Positions 48,801 to 62,009 of a stretch of DNA of 64,000 nucleotides are shown here, piece after piece. The notes under the pieces are model-generated. The model was not told where the DNA came from, did not search any database, and was given only the letters and a program-made list of their open reading frames with translations. Made by a program: the position numbers and the translations under genes. Every line of letters starts with the position of its first letter. Positions within the stretch are counted from its first letter, which is position 1. This DNA comes from Yuukianura sp. NJ FZ-2021 (lineage: Eukaryota). The stretch covers positions 7,068,001 through 7,132,000 of the forward strand of contig CM102287.1 of assembly GCA_046563655.1 (NCBI GenBank), written 5' to 3'.

Positions 48801-51800
48801 TGAGCTCTGATCTACGCTTTTACAACTACTTGTCCAGTGGCTCCACAGGATATGTTCAAGACCACACGATTCTGGATCACGTCATTGTTCCAGCTGCTTG
48901 TTACGTCGAGATGCTGCTGTCGCTTGCACGTAAAGAATACGGAGTCATGTATCCCGTAATTGAGAATCTGAACGTCTTCCGCGCATGCGTCCTTGACGAA
49001 AACATGAAACAAATTCAGACCAAAGTGGAATACGAAGGGCCGAACTTACTCGTAACATTTTTTAGCGAATCAGAAGAGGGCGAGTGGCTTCAGAATGTTC
49101 AAGCTACACTAAATCTAGAAGCTGCTCCGCAAGTACTACCATCAGCAGTCCCAATTGCCGAAATTGAGCAAATTAAAGCCGAGTGCTCAACGAAAATTGA
49201 TGTAGACGAGATGTACGAACGACTAGACATGTCCGGTATATCAATGGGTCCATCGTTCCGAAGCGCCCGGAAACTGTTCATGAGTCCCGACAAGTCAAAA
49301 ATGCTAGGGACTCTTGAGCGAGTGATTACGGCTGAAGGAGAATTCAGTTTTCATCCAATCGGAGTCGATGCTATTGTCCAGTGTTTCTGGGAGTACAAGA
49401 TGTGTCGTCTGGAAGAAATTCCATTTGCACTTCCAGTTGGAATCAACAAGTTCGTTTGGTACGGTGGAGACAATGCGACATTGCCAGATGAAATGTACCT
49501 TTACATTCCAGATGAAGATCACGGAGTAGTGTTTTCAGCGCAAGGTCAAATTTTTGCTGAAATTGAAGTACTCACCGTGCTTCATAGCACGTCAACTGCC
49601 TTCCTAAGGTCAATCACTCCAGGAGAAAAACTTCCTCAATTTATTTCCAAAGATTGGGTTCCACGAGAAACTGGAATTTTGGATGGTACGATACCGGCGG
49701 AAGATCTGACGACTTCTAATGAGCTGTTGACTCACACCGAAGTCAACCTTGCGCTGGAAAAAATTTCACAATATTATGAAGACAGAGTCCCACTGGAGAA
49801 ACTTTATGAGCAGCTAACCTCCCTGTACATTACGAAAACACTTTTACAATACGGTTGGAATCCAGTACCGGATATGCCGTTTGGACTGGAAAGTATCGTT
49901 AACGGTACAAAGTCAGTAGACGGTCGAACCATTGCAAAATTCCTAGACATCCTCAGTGAAGATGGACTTTTTGTTAAAACTGATGCTGAGCATTGGACGC
50001 TTGTTAAGAGACTGCTGGGAGTTGATGAAGTTACGGAAGAAATTCAGAAATTAGAAGCAGCAGTAGTTGAAATTAACCCCGGGGCGGGTATCAACTGCGA
50101 ACCGGAATTCGGTTACTTGAAACAACTTGGCGGAGTTCTACTTCCAGTTTTGCAAGGTCAAATGGATCCACTAGAGGCATTGGCTACAATCAAAAATTCT
50201 CCTGCCATGTTGAAACTCGAAAACACTGGAAGAGGTGAACTCTACACTCATCTGTTGGCGTCCGTTTTCGAAAATGTTTTCAAAAACTACACTGAAAAAT
50301 CTCCAAGCAAAAAGTTGCGAATTCTTCAAATCGGTACATTGGATCCAGCGGCATCAAAGGGCATTTTTGACGTGTTACAAAAACTCGCGGTTAAATTTGA
50401 ATTTACAATTGCAACTCAACTTAGTGCTCAAAAACCGCATCAATTCGCAGATCTAAATGTGATTTCGAAGACACTCGATATCCAGAAAGATCCAAAAGTT
50501 CAAGGCTTCCAACCATCGAGTTACGACATTGTAATTGCAGTTGAGGTTCTGCATGTAGCTGAAGACTTAAAATCAGCACTTGAAAACGTACGCCATCTCC
50601 TGGCGCCAAACGGCTACCTATTCCTTGGTGAACTGTTTCAAGAATACAGAGACTACGCAATTTCTTATGCCCTGCTCAGCAGTTACTGGAAACTTCAAGA
50701 TTCCAGAGGATTTGTCACAGCTGACTCCAATAGTTGGATCGATCTGCTCAACCAAACCGGTTTTGCCGGCACTGTTCCATTAACAATACAGGATTGCCCG
50801 AAAGGCCTCTTTGTTTCCCGAGCTGATGCGACAATGCGACTTTACAGGCCGTTTCAGACGAACTTGTCGGCATCCGATCCAGCATGGATAATATTTGGCA
50901 TGGAAGGAGATTTGCTCCAATCAGGACTCGGGAAACTGTTGAAGGAAGTTGGCCGCAATGTTTTCTATGTCGTGGAAGGTCTACGGTTTGACAAGGTCAA
51001 CGATTCTTTTACGGTCAACCCCAAGCGAGCTTCAGACTTTCAGCAATTGTCACATGTTTTGAAAAACTATGAAATTGAAGGAATATTATATTTCTGGGGA
51101 ATGTCAGCTCGACAAGCAGAGTTAGGCACTACTGCGCAGTTGCGGAAAATTGAAGAAGTTGTAACCACCGGATTTCTCAATGTACTCAAAATCCGAATTA
51201 ACAATGAGTGGACTTCGAAAATATTTTTGGTCACTTCTGGAGCGGAAGAGGTAAATCCAGCTCAAGGAACGCTTTGGGGAATGCTTGAAACTTACTTCAA
51301 TGAATACCAAGAAGCAACCGGAATGGGCATTGACGTTGACCAAGGGGCAACCCAGGATGAACTTTTGACCAACTTTGTATTCAGCGTCCTCTGGGATACG
51401 CCGAATGAACGTGGCGTTCGGTTCCAAAACGGTAAAATGGAAGTAGCTCGACTCCATGCCTATGATTCTACACTTCCATTGGATGAAATCCTGCTTCCGA
51501 AAGCGAAACAATTCAAAATGACTGATCCGACATCGTTGACATTTGGCAGCATTGAACCCGCAGCTGATTTGTCCAGCACTTTGGAAATTGCTGTCAGAGC
51601 CGTTGGTTTAAATTTTCGCGATTTGCTGGTCTGCAACGGCATGCTCGAAACGACACATCCGGAGTCAGTGGGTCTCGAGTTTGCCGGAATTGTAACAAAC
51701 AGTGGCACGTCAAACTTTGCAGTGGGTGATCGGGTTGCTGGTTTGACATTGTCCGGTGCATTTGCCAGTCACATAGTGGTAAATCCGCAGCTGATATTTC

Positions 51801-53863
51801 CAATTCCTTCTGGAATTTCATATGCTGGAGCAGCTACAATCCCAGTAGCCTTTGGAACTTGTTACTTGGCCCTCGTGGAAATTGCAAATGTACAGCCCAA
51901 GGAACGGGTTTTGATTCATACAGCTTCGGGTGGTGTCGGGTTAGCGGGAATTCAGCTAGCAAGATACTTGGGGACAGAAGTGTTTGTTACAGCTGGAACT
52001 GACCAGAAACGGAAGTATCTCCGCGAATGTCTTGGATTAACGCACGTCTACAACTCCAGGACACATGACTACAAAGACGAAATTTTGAGAGATACTGACG
52101 GAGTTGGAGTTGATGTGATCATTAACACCATAACTGGACGTGGTTTTAAGGAAGCCAGCCTCGACTGTTTGGCACGAAATGGACGATTCATTGAACTTTC
52201 CAAACTAAATATTTGGCAGCCACACGAAGTCAAAGAACTTAGACCGGACGTACACTACACAATTATGGATGCTTTCGATATGATTCTCAACGTTCACCCG
52301 ATTCTTAGTGGTTCGTTAAAACAGCTAACCAAACTTTTCGCGACCAATCAGCTGGACATTTTACCCCACACCAACTTTCCACTAGCTCAACTCAAATCAG
52401 CCTTCAAGTACTTTCACGCTCACAATCACATTGGGAAATCCGTAGTCGAAATTCCAGAATCCGCGGATAAATTATCTTCACTTACACTGTACAATCCGCA
52501 TTCAACGTACATGGTCACCGGGGGAGTTGGCGGTCTTGGATTTGAAATTGGGCGCTACTTATGGGCAAACGGAGCGAACGTTTTGCTTGTTGGCAGAAGT
52601 TTGCCAAGCGAAGAAAAGCAAATGAAGCTTGCGGAGTTTCATGACAGAATGCGATATGTTCAATGCGATGTTGGAGATTTTGAAAAATGTAAAGAGTTGA
52701 TTGACGGAATAGACCCGCCGCTTCGAGGAGTTTTTCATTTGGCGGGAATTTTTGCTAATGCGTTTCTCGTTGGTCAGAATTCAGAAAATTATGCAAAATC
52801 TTTTCAGTCCAAAGTCTACGGAACGTGGAACTTGCATCTCCTAACACGCCACCGCCATCTCGATCACTTTGTCGTCTTTTCATCGGTAGCTGCTGTTCTT
52901 GGTTCTACCGGACTTAGCAACTATTCGGCTGCAAACCGGTACATGGACTCTCTAATGCACTACCGTGTCAACCAGTGCGGTTTACCTGGTTTAGCAATCG
53001 ACTGGGGACCATGGGCTGAAGTAGGAGCAGCAGTGGGATATGTCGCTGGAATGTTCAAAAACTTTCATCACTTCCCGCCAGAACTGGGAATCCAGAGTAT
53101 GGAAAGAGCCATGCGCCTTGGACTTCATGAAATTGCTATAGCTGACATGGACATGAACATTGTTCAGAGTTCGCCACGTCTTGGTCCATACCTGTCCGAG
53201 CTGACGGTGAACACCGGACGAGGAAAACGGCGCGGCAAAGCTGACTCAGGTTTGAACAGACCGTGTGACATCAAGCTAGCTAATTTGGCGAAAGAAATTC
53301 TGGCCGAAACGGATCCACAGCTTCGGCTAGAAAAAATGGAACATTTTGTTGAAACAATGTTCAGAACACAGTCAGGTCTTGGTGAAACTGATGCCGTAGA
53401 CAAAGACCAAGCTCTAACACTGATGGGCATGGACTCACTCATAGGGATGGAGATGCGTCTCAGAATTTCAAAGTTGTTGAATGTCCAAATTTCAGCTAAC
53501 GGAGTCATGGAACACAATTCCATTCGATTGTTTGCAGTTTACTTGACGCAGCTCCTATCTCCCGCTGATTCGAACAGCCCCACGACGCCCATTGGGACGG
53601 AATTGGCAGACAAAATCAGTATTGCTCCAGAGTTAGCGGAAACAAGTGAATCCAAAATAGCAGCAACGACACCTAATTCCGTCCAAGACAAAATTGTTGA
53701 CGATTTTGCAAAGGAGAAAGTGGTGCCTGACAAGAAACTGAACGTGGAAGACAAGCAGCATTCCAAAAGGAGTCTACCGAAATTTGTTGCGAAGCAATTG
53801 CAGAAATTTCACAAACCCGACAAGAAACTTTCAAAAAATGAAAATGTTTGTAATGGAGCATAA
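45847..53863 (+). CDS. Highly reducing type I polyketide synthase, KS-AT-DH-(pseudo)MT-ER-KR-ACP, no thioesterase, ~2575 aa
   Basis: Exons 45847-45991, 46065-46152, 46369-53863 (in frame; ...DPQHR|LFLEVSWESLE). KS: VIGMSCRFPGA, EATCASS, EAH, KTNIGH. AT: GHSIG, NAFHS. DH: HTILDHVIVP, HPIGVD. MT: YDIVIAVEVLH. ER: LIHTASGGVG. KR: TGGVGGLG, YSAAN. ACP: GMDSL. Confidence 0.95.
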
Positions 53864-54251
53864 CTATTTTAGCGTTTAGTTTGTAGAATGACCAATTCCA
53901 AGTTCCGTCACTAAGAATTCTGCTACTGGATTTTTTTTTTGAAAATAATAGGTTTTGAATCCCAATTTGCACAGTTCTCAATATATTTCAAGAATTGAAG
54001 TAAAATAAAATTCAGTTGTTCGAAAGTTTTTTTTTTCAGTTTCAGCTTGGTTGCATATGATGAACAAAAACAAACAAAAATGAAAAAATTATACGAATAA
54101 GTAAGTAAGTATGATTTTTATTAGACTCAGCGGAAAAAGCAATCGAATTGAATCAAACTATACAGTGAGTGTACTTACGAATTTGACCCATTCAAAATTT
54201 AGAAGCCATTATAAAATGGTATCAGGGGGTGGAATTGTGGTTTACATTGCT

Positions 54252-55509
54252 TCAGAAAGTAAGGAGTAGAGTAATTGCATTGTCGATGATAATTTTCATG
54301 AAAGTCATGAACGTAATTTGTTTGATTTCAAAATACAATCCGACTCTGACACTCAATGGCCTGCAGGATGCAAGAAATTTTTGGTGATACCGAAAATGAA
54401 TTGTAGGTGGAACTGATTCCAGGGCTCTTCGAATTACATTGTCTGAAGTTTCATGAATTCGATACGACGGTGGAATCGTATCTACTGCTATCAACAGAGT
54501 TGCAAACGACGTCATACCGAATCCAATGATGCCTGCAATCTTGACGTAGCTGTGGAGTCGTACAACGACGTAGTTGCTGATAACGTTCACACCCAAAACC
54601 ATGCCGAGAGTGTACGGTATAATATTAGTTTGAAAGCAGTCGTTGAACCGGTTATTCAAAACTTGCAAAATTCGGTAGTTCTTGATCACTGTTCTGAAGT
54701 CCTGGCCACTTTAAGCAACGAAAATGTTGCGACAAAATTTCAATTTTAATTTTTTAATTTTTATTTTATTTTTTTAAAATATTTCTTACCATTGTGTCTT
54801 GAGGCAGACAGCGGTGCATTTGACGTAGGTGAGGAAGAAAACAGCATACAACAGCAGACTCGACGCTACTTGCGTAGACAAATATGCTTCGAAAAGCGCC
54901 AATGGCAGAAGTTTCCAACGCTTAACTACTCGAATTCCAGTCAACGAAAAAAAGTACTTTGGGTTGACATCTAGTGTTTTCCAAGCAATAAAGAATACCG
55001 AGCAGCAGTAAATGTACACCGCAATCACGAATTTTCGCGTCGAAGATTTGACTTTACTCGGAGTTCCTCTTTCCTCTAAAAAATCAGTTTAAAAGTTTCC
55101 GTCTTACATTCAAAATCACTGAATCAATTGCAATCGACAGCTTACGTTGCATGAAATACTGGTTTGTTTTGAGTAGTTCGTTGACAAAAGTTACGAAATC
55201 TGCGGTGTGCTGAAGTGTGTTGATCTGAAAGTTGCAATCCCCGATAAAAGTAACAACATTGAATAAATTCAAAAACAGTTTTCCGTAGGATAAGCCCAAA
55301 CAACACGCGGCTTGGACGAAGCGAACTGTCATGAAAATTGTATTCGCAAATATGTAGACTATGCCCAGTTTCCATTTGCAGTAGTCAAAATGCGACTGTT
55401 GTAACTTGGCTTCTTGCAAATGTGCATCCCATTTGAACGGAAAGCTGCCCAAAGTTCCACCTATTTTGAAAATTAACTTAATAGAATGCAGAATCGCCTT
55501 GGACAACAT
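54252..55509 (-). CDS. Gustatory-receptor-like 7TM chemoreceptor 1 (~368 aa)
   Basis: Exons 55509-55146, 55075-54790, 54708-54252 (phases 1 and 2, in frame). Multiple TM segments. Motifs FVTFVNELL and YRILQVLN; C-terminus LASCRPLSVRVG.YF.I...TF......IIDNAITLLL. Confidence 0.8.
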
Positions 55510-57079
55510 CTTTGACCTGGCACAAAATCCGTACTCAACTCGAAAAGCATTTTCTAATACAAAGTGATTCAAATATGCAACCGCAAATTAAATTTTGGAA
55601 ATCTAAAAACCTATTAAGCGAACGAAATAATTAAATCCCCTAAAGTGTTTCCTGCGGATATTATAGTTCCTCCTGCCGAAATTTAATTAAAATCTAAATT
55701 TATTTCAGCATGACTCTGATATCCAAAATAGGCGATGAAAGTTAACGGTAAAGTTTCATTAGTTTTTATTGTAATCTACTCAACATCGAATTATAAACGG
55801 GAAAGTTACATAAGAAGAAACGATGTATCTTGTCTTAATTAAATCACCAGATCTTAATTATGTTTCGTTCCAAATACTCTTCCTCGCATAAACCTAAAAA
55901 ATAAGTGTAGATAATGCGAATCTTATACGAAGTAATACTGTATGATTGCTAGCAAATAAAATTCTTTTTCTGCACAAGTTTCTGAAAACACAAACCATAT
56001 TCCATCCAATATACTTCGGCGAAAACAATATGCTACCAAAACATGTAATCTATACATAGTACATAAGTACTCAAATACTCACTTTCATCATTTCATTTCA
56101 TCATTGTTTATGAGAGTTCAGGTTCAACGTTTTGAGTTTGTTGTGTTTGGCTTCATATCATATAATGAATTATTCAATTCAAACTCATTTTTTTAATGTT
56201 GAGGACAATGATCTTTTAATTTTTCAAGGAAATTTCTTGCTTAGAAAATTGCTTTCCTTTCTTTCCCTCGGTCTGCTGCGGTAATATATGGTATTTTTCT
56301 TGTTTACTTGGTTTAAGCTTTATCAGTAGCTATTTCTTTGCATTTAAAAAAAAATTGGCGTAATGGTGAATTAGCTATTTCATGGCACATATAATTTATT
56401 GGCAACCGTAATTCGGGAAGCATAAAACTCAGCAAATATAAAGATACAACAACGTCTCGGACAAACACACAAAAAAATTGTTTTTCGTGTTCGCAAATTA
56501 CACATTTCTTACTCGACGTGTAATTTTCTTCGTTAAAATTTTACTTTCTCCAGCAAAGTCATATTAAAGCGGAGCTACTAGAATTACATACATACACAAA
56601 ACCAAACGTATGTAATTAACCTTGAAGGTTGTGCACAACTTTACGGAATGCCAGTTGGAATTGCACACTTTTGTAGCAAAAAATTATACATTTTTAAAGG
56701 TATTGATTTTTTTATTACCTTTTCAAAAAGCAAGATTTTTCGTCAACTACAATCGATTCAAACCTTTATTGTTTGTGTCATCAGAATGACAATGAGAAGG
56801 TTTTTTTTTCAATTCAGACAAAAATGTGAATTGGTAAAAAATTTTGTTTCGAAAACCAGCTTTAAGAAAAACAATTTTTCCAAAAATAGGTTTATTTCAA
56901 ATCAGTAGTTAACTTCAGCGTTTTAAAATGGACTCAACTTGGCATCTTCACTTCACTTCTACGACAAAAATTTGAGAACTCTGCTTCCGAAATTTGATCA
57001 ATCGATTTTTTTTCGTTGTTAAAAAATTTAGTGTCAAAGTGGCTTTTTAAATTTCAAACTTTCTGTGGACTGGAAAATA

Positions 57080-58390
57080 ATGGTAGAGTCGCGGTCAGCT
57101 CTACCAACTTCAGTATCCAATGATTTGAGAATTGTTCTCAACATCTTTTCAAAATTTGCTTTAGTGAACGTACTTTATATTCCAAGGGAAGATGGTTACT
57201 TTGAAATCCTGCAACAATCAGATTACCGATTGCCGCTGTTTTACTTCATTGGACTCAGCAACTTAAGCCTAGTCATTTTTCAAATTTTCAGATTTTTTCA
57301 AATTTCAATTTACCACACGGAATTCGAAAAGATTGTGCTTGACTACATGTGGATGGGTGGTTACTCAGCAGCTTTTTTCTACTATTTTCATTTTCTTAAA
57401 TCAAGAGACTCTATTTCCGCATTTCTCAATCGGCTCATTCGATTCCAAACGAGATATCAAAGTAAGTGCATCTAAAATTTACAATTTTAAAACAAAAATT
57501 CCTCGATTACTTTTGTACAGGATGGCCCGTAAAGATTGTCCCTCAGACGAAACGCTCTTTCTGGAACGTGACCTTGTTATTGAGGGTGACCGTGATTGGT
57601 ACTTACGGAATGATGACCGTTGTAGCAATCATAAACGTGTTGTACAGAAAGTCCTCGAGGTCTGTGTTCTCAGTGTTTCTGAGCAACGACCAACTGGACA
57701 GTGGTGTACATGTACTGTTACTGGTATTTCTCCTTGAAATGGCAATTGGTGTCGTACCTTCTTGTGCAGTTGTCTTCCATGGAGTCATCCTAACATCATA
57801 CTTGTACTTCAACTCAAAGTGGATTCAAGGCATCAGGTCAGTGACCTCTTGACCTCAGCTAATACACTGAGATCATTAGTATAGAAAATAACCGTTATAT
57901 TATATATTATAGGAAAGACGCCACTGGGGGACGACTGAGACGGATTCTCATGGAGGAACGCTCGTTTCGAATTTACCGCTGCCTACAACTGTTGAACTTT
58001 GAGTTCAACTGTTTATTCGGTCCAACAATAATACCGATCAGTTTGACGTTTATGTTGACCATGACAGTGTTGGGCAACGTTCTGATCATTCGGTTCCATC
58101 ATAGTCTCAACGTCCTACACTTCCTCCTTTTCATTTTCTTCTCTACCGTGTCCATTCTGGGCGTCATTTTTGCATTCCCATTGGCTGCTCATGTCACCAG
58201 GAGTTCCAGTGCCTACGTTAGGTTTTGGCGGGAAGAAGGGACCGGGCGTCTTTATTCAAAACAGTTCCTGGCCTCATGTCGTCCACTACAAGTGAATATG
58301 GGCCTCTCTTCTGTTTTCACACGCACCACGACATTTTCTGCCATTGGATTCATCGCTTACGCCACCCTGCGGCTCGCAATTGCGTTATAA
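57080..58390 (+). CDS. Gustatory-receptor-like 7TM chemoreceptor 2 (~391 aa)
   Basis: Exons 57080-57461, 57521-57836, 57913-58390, with the same intron phases as receptor 1. Motifs ISAFLNRLI, YRCLQLLN, LASCRPLQVNMG...TF. Confidence 0.8.
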
Positions 58391-59027
58391 TTCATACTGA
58401 TGAAGCCTACGAAGCGTATTATTCGGATTAGATTTAAGTTTTAACAAACGTTGAAATGTGTAATCAATCACAATTCACAAACGAAAAACTTTCATGATAA
58501 AACTGAAAGTTTAGCAAAACTTAATCTAAACTTTAGAAAAACTATTCGTAAGGATTAGTAGGACTTGAGCAAAAACTTACCAAACCAAATAAAACTTTTA
58601 CATTTACATCTCTCCACAAAGTTTGGAAATAGAAAACAAGAATCATAAGAATTTAGCTTACTAAGGTCTAGAATGAGTCTTATTAGTTTGGAAATTACTT
58701 GATCTGCTTGTTTGCTGAGCAAGCTCCCTCCGGTCTATGAGAACGACAGTTCATCTTTATAGGCACTTCAGACACTGCAACATGCGACTATATTGGTTAA
58801 CCTAATATTTGTTTGTGTGGAACAAGTTTGAAATGACAAAACACATTTCCATAGCCAGTAAATCCCGAATCAACTTTTATTAGTTTCAGGCAATAATGGA
58901 CAACTGATGGACTCTTTCAAACAGGATTCCAAGGGAAAACAACTTTTTATGCCCTCTACATAAATCATCCACCAATTAAGTCACGCTTCTCTCCGAATGC
59001 ACAATAAGATTCAAACGAACCGACAAA

Positions 59028-60659
59028 CTACACCTTGCTGTTCATCAGCGGCTGCGTCGGCGTCGTTTCAGTCGTAGATGCTTCCTCCTGCTTCCCAATC
59101 AAATCTTTCAACAATTCTCCAAACACAACTGGGTTGATGTTCTCTCCAAGTTTGTGTAGGATGAACCAGTCGCCATAGTCGAGGTTCAGCAGATCTTCGC
59201 CATACGAAATGTCGATCCTCCTCGCCTGTCTCCGCAGCAGGAAGTTACGCAGAGCGGGGAAGAAGATGGTGAGACAGCGATACACCAAGTTCACAACAGA
59301 AACGACAGCAACCAAAATGAACCAAAACCTGACAAAATGAAAACACAATTTTCACAATTTGATGAAACAAAAGTTAAAACCGAATTGCCTACCATAGGAA
59401 AATGAAAATCTTTTCGTTGAGGATGTTGATCGGAAGCACACAGAGGAGATCGTACTCAACTGTGCCAAAAGCCACTCCTCCCGTGGCAATTCTGCATGCT
59501 GTGACAGTGGGAAATACTCTTGCGAGAGGATCGTGTCGCAGGAATGGCCGAGTATGTGGCAGATTGAACAGTTTCATGCCGTAGTCTGAGAATTGGTTGT
59601 TGAGGAAAACGTCGAGTCCAAACATCTGAATGAAAACGTTGGCGACACACAGGATTTCGCAAAAGATGTACCTCCAAGCATACAGTGTGTGGTGACCTCT
59701 GTTGGGGCTGAAGTAGTGCAGTATAGCTTCTTTGTGCTTACAAGCTGCTTCTTCGTCAGCAATGACGCACGCGTTCAAGTCAACCACCAACATTTTGATT
59801 CTCCCGCGCTCTCCATACTTCCAGAGCCAATGCGGGAAGTAGAAGGCACCAGCTTGGAGAAATAGAACACACCACACCCATTGGTAGTAGTAGTGGAATA
59901 TCAATTGGTCACCTTCAACTGCAGGTCGAATTCCAGGCGAAATCTCACTCTCTTCAACTAAAAAGACAAAAGAATTTGACCTTTGACCTCAAGGAATTTA
60001 TAAAATAAGTACAGTCAGTTCTCTCATGTTCGAACGAGTCGGCGTCTTTTCATTCGCGTCTGGGGTATCGTAAAGTATGAATTACTGAGCTTGCTCAAGG
60101 GACAAAAATATTTGGAGTGCTCAGCTGACAGAACTTATTAACGTTGAGACAATTAATTACAGTTGTGTAATTGATTTTAAACTGAAAATTTAAAATACGA
60201 GATATGGTTTTGTCAGAATTTCAAAAGTTTAAACGTGTCACATTGGTGTTCTGTATACTCTAAACTGTGACGGTATTTTCCGGGTGAGTTGTTTGGAATT
60301 TTACGGTACTAGGGAGGGACTTTCTCTCCAATCAACCAATCAGTGCTCGTTCGAAAATGAGAGAACTGACTGTAATTGAGGTTACCCGCTTCGTAGCTCC
60401 ATCTTCCCTCCCCGTCCTGCCGACCCCTTGTGAATGTCGAGTGGATCCAGCAATATCTCTCTGCGATGTTCTTCACATCCTGACTGGAGATGCAGTCGAT
60501 GGGGTCACCTAAATACTGTCTAGAGGTCACGAGAATAGAAAAGAGCAGGAGGATGGTCACAGTGACTTTGTAGTGGAGCTGAAAAGCTGGATTGGAGATG
60601 TGCACTTTCCTCTCGTTTACACTCACAAAGTCCTTGAGTGATTTCCAAATGTCGAACAT
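59028..60659 (-). CDS. Innexin (gap-junction protein, Inx2-like), ~379 aa
   Basis: Exons 60659-60386, 59957-59393, 59328-59028. Motifs FQLHYKVT, QYLGDPIDC, YCWIHSTF, YYQWV, FPTVTAC, LCVLPINILNEKIFIFLWFW, GDWFIL. Confidence 0.95.
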
Positions 60660-61251
60660 CTTGAAAACAGTTTTTAGAGTACTATCTGACAATTCGTGTC
60701 TAAACAGACGCCGTGAAGCATCTCTTGGCGCAATCTGGAGAAATGAGCAAGTTTTTGAGATCGTTTAGGGTGTTTTGGTCATCGTGACTAAGCCGATGAA
60801 GATGATGGCTCTTGAGGTTTTACACTTTCTTTTGGATGATTTTGACAAACAACAAGGAAATGATCTGTGTGAAGAGGAATTAAGTCCAGCACAAATATGC
60901 GACCCCTTCTTCCTTGCCCTGTTGATCTTTGCAAACTGTTCCCATTTTTTGTCTTGCCAGCTCCATGTAAGGTGGCAGGAATCAAGTGGTTCTCGTCCAC
61001 TGCCCACAGAGTGGGATGGGCACTTCCAAACCATTTTTTATGATTTCAAACATTACCCCAACGGAACAACTTTGGACACAAACAGAGATTCTACAGAATG
61101 TATGTAATGCGTGCAAAATTCTGCGAGTGGACAAACACACATCCCAAACCTCATCTCTTCAAAACTTTCATGATCATCAACACCATTTCTCCGAGAAAAA
61201 ATACAAAACATTCGGCAAATGTTTTTTGTTTTAAAAAGATTGAACCGAGGG

Positions 61252-62009
61252 CGTAGCAGGTCATAACCGACAATCCAAAAATCGACAATCCAATAATCGA
61301 CAATCAATAATCGACAATTCCAAAAATCGACAATCCTTTAAGCGACAATCCTAAAATCGACAATTTAAAAAATCGACAATTTCAAAAATCGACAATTCCA
61401 AAATCTACAATTCTAAAATCGACAATGTCAAAAATCGACAATCCTAAAACCGACAATTCCAATATTCATAGAAACCAGAAAGCAGTCTAACGGAAAAATT
61501 TTACCATCTTCCGCGGTATGTTGAAGGTTGTATTTTATAAGTTTGGCTATAGTTACACAACTGGCAGTACTGATGAAGTTTGGCTAGCTTAGCATGCGGT
61601 ACCGCGCCGAAGGCGCGGCGTTAGGTTTGGTAAAGCAGACAATAGTAATTACGTCTGTAGGGTTTATTGTATAAGTCTGGGTTAGGAAAATTTCAAAATT
61701 TCAAAAAATCATAACCATGTTGTCTGGCACTGCACAAATATGATTGCATATTCGTGTTCAGCACCGCGATAGTAAAAATTTTCCGTTAGACTGCTTTCTG
61801 GTTTCTATCAATATTGGAATTGTCGGTTTTAGGATTGTCGATTTTTGACATTGTCGATTTTAGAATTGTCGATTTTTGAAATTGTCGATTTTTGAAATTG
61901 TCGATTTTAGGATTGTCGCTTAAAGGATTGTCGATTTTTGGAATTGTCGATTATTGATTGTCGATTATTGGATTGTCGATTTTTGGATTGTCGGTTATGA
62001 CCTGGAACC
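61252..62009. mobile_element. Mutator-like foldback MITE (758 bp) with 9-bp target-site duplication
   Basis: About 250-bp near-perfect TIRs (61252-61504 and 61772-62009) built from aaaatcgacaat subrepeats. Perfect TSD AACCGAGGG at 61243-61251 and 62010-62018. Central hairpin ccgcgccgaaggcgcgg. No ORF. Confidence 0.92.

Noticed and set aside
45847..53863. Bacterial contamination, or a canonical fatty acid synthase
   Set aside because: Two in-frame GT-AG introns and arthropod flanking genes argue against contamination. The missing TE and PKS-type motifs argue against canonical FAS, pending phylogeny.
46513..53981. Numerous antisense and alternate-frame ORFs over the PKS (and likewise over the GluCl, SPH and innexin genes)
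   Set aside because: Shadow ORFs of real coding sequence with no independent motifs.
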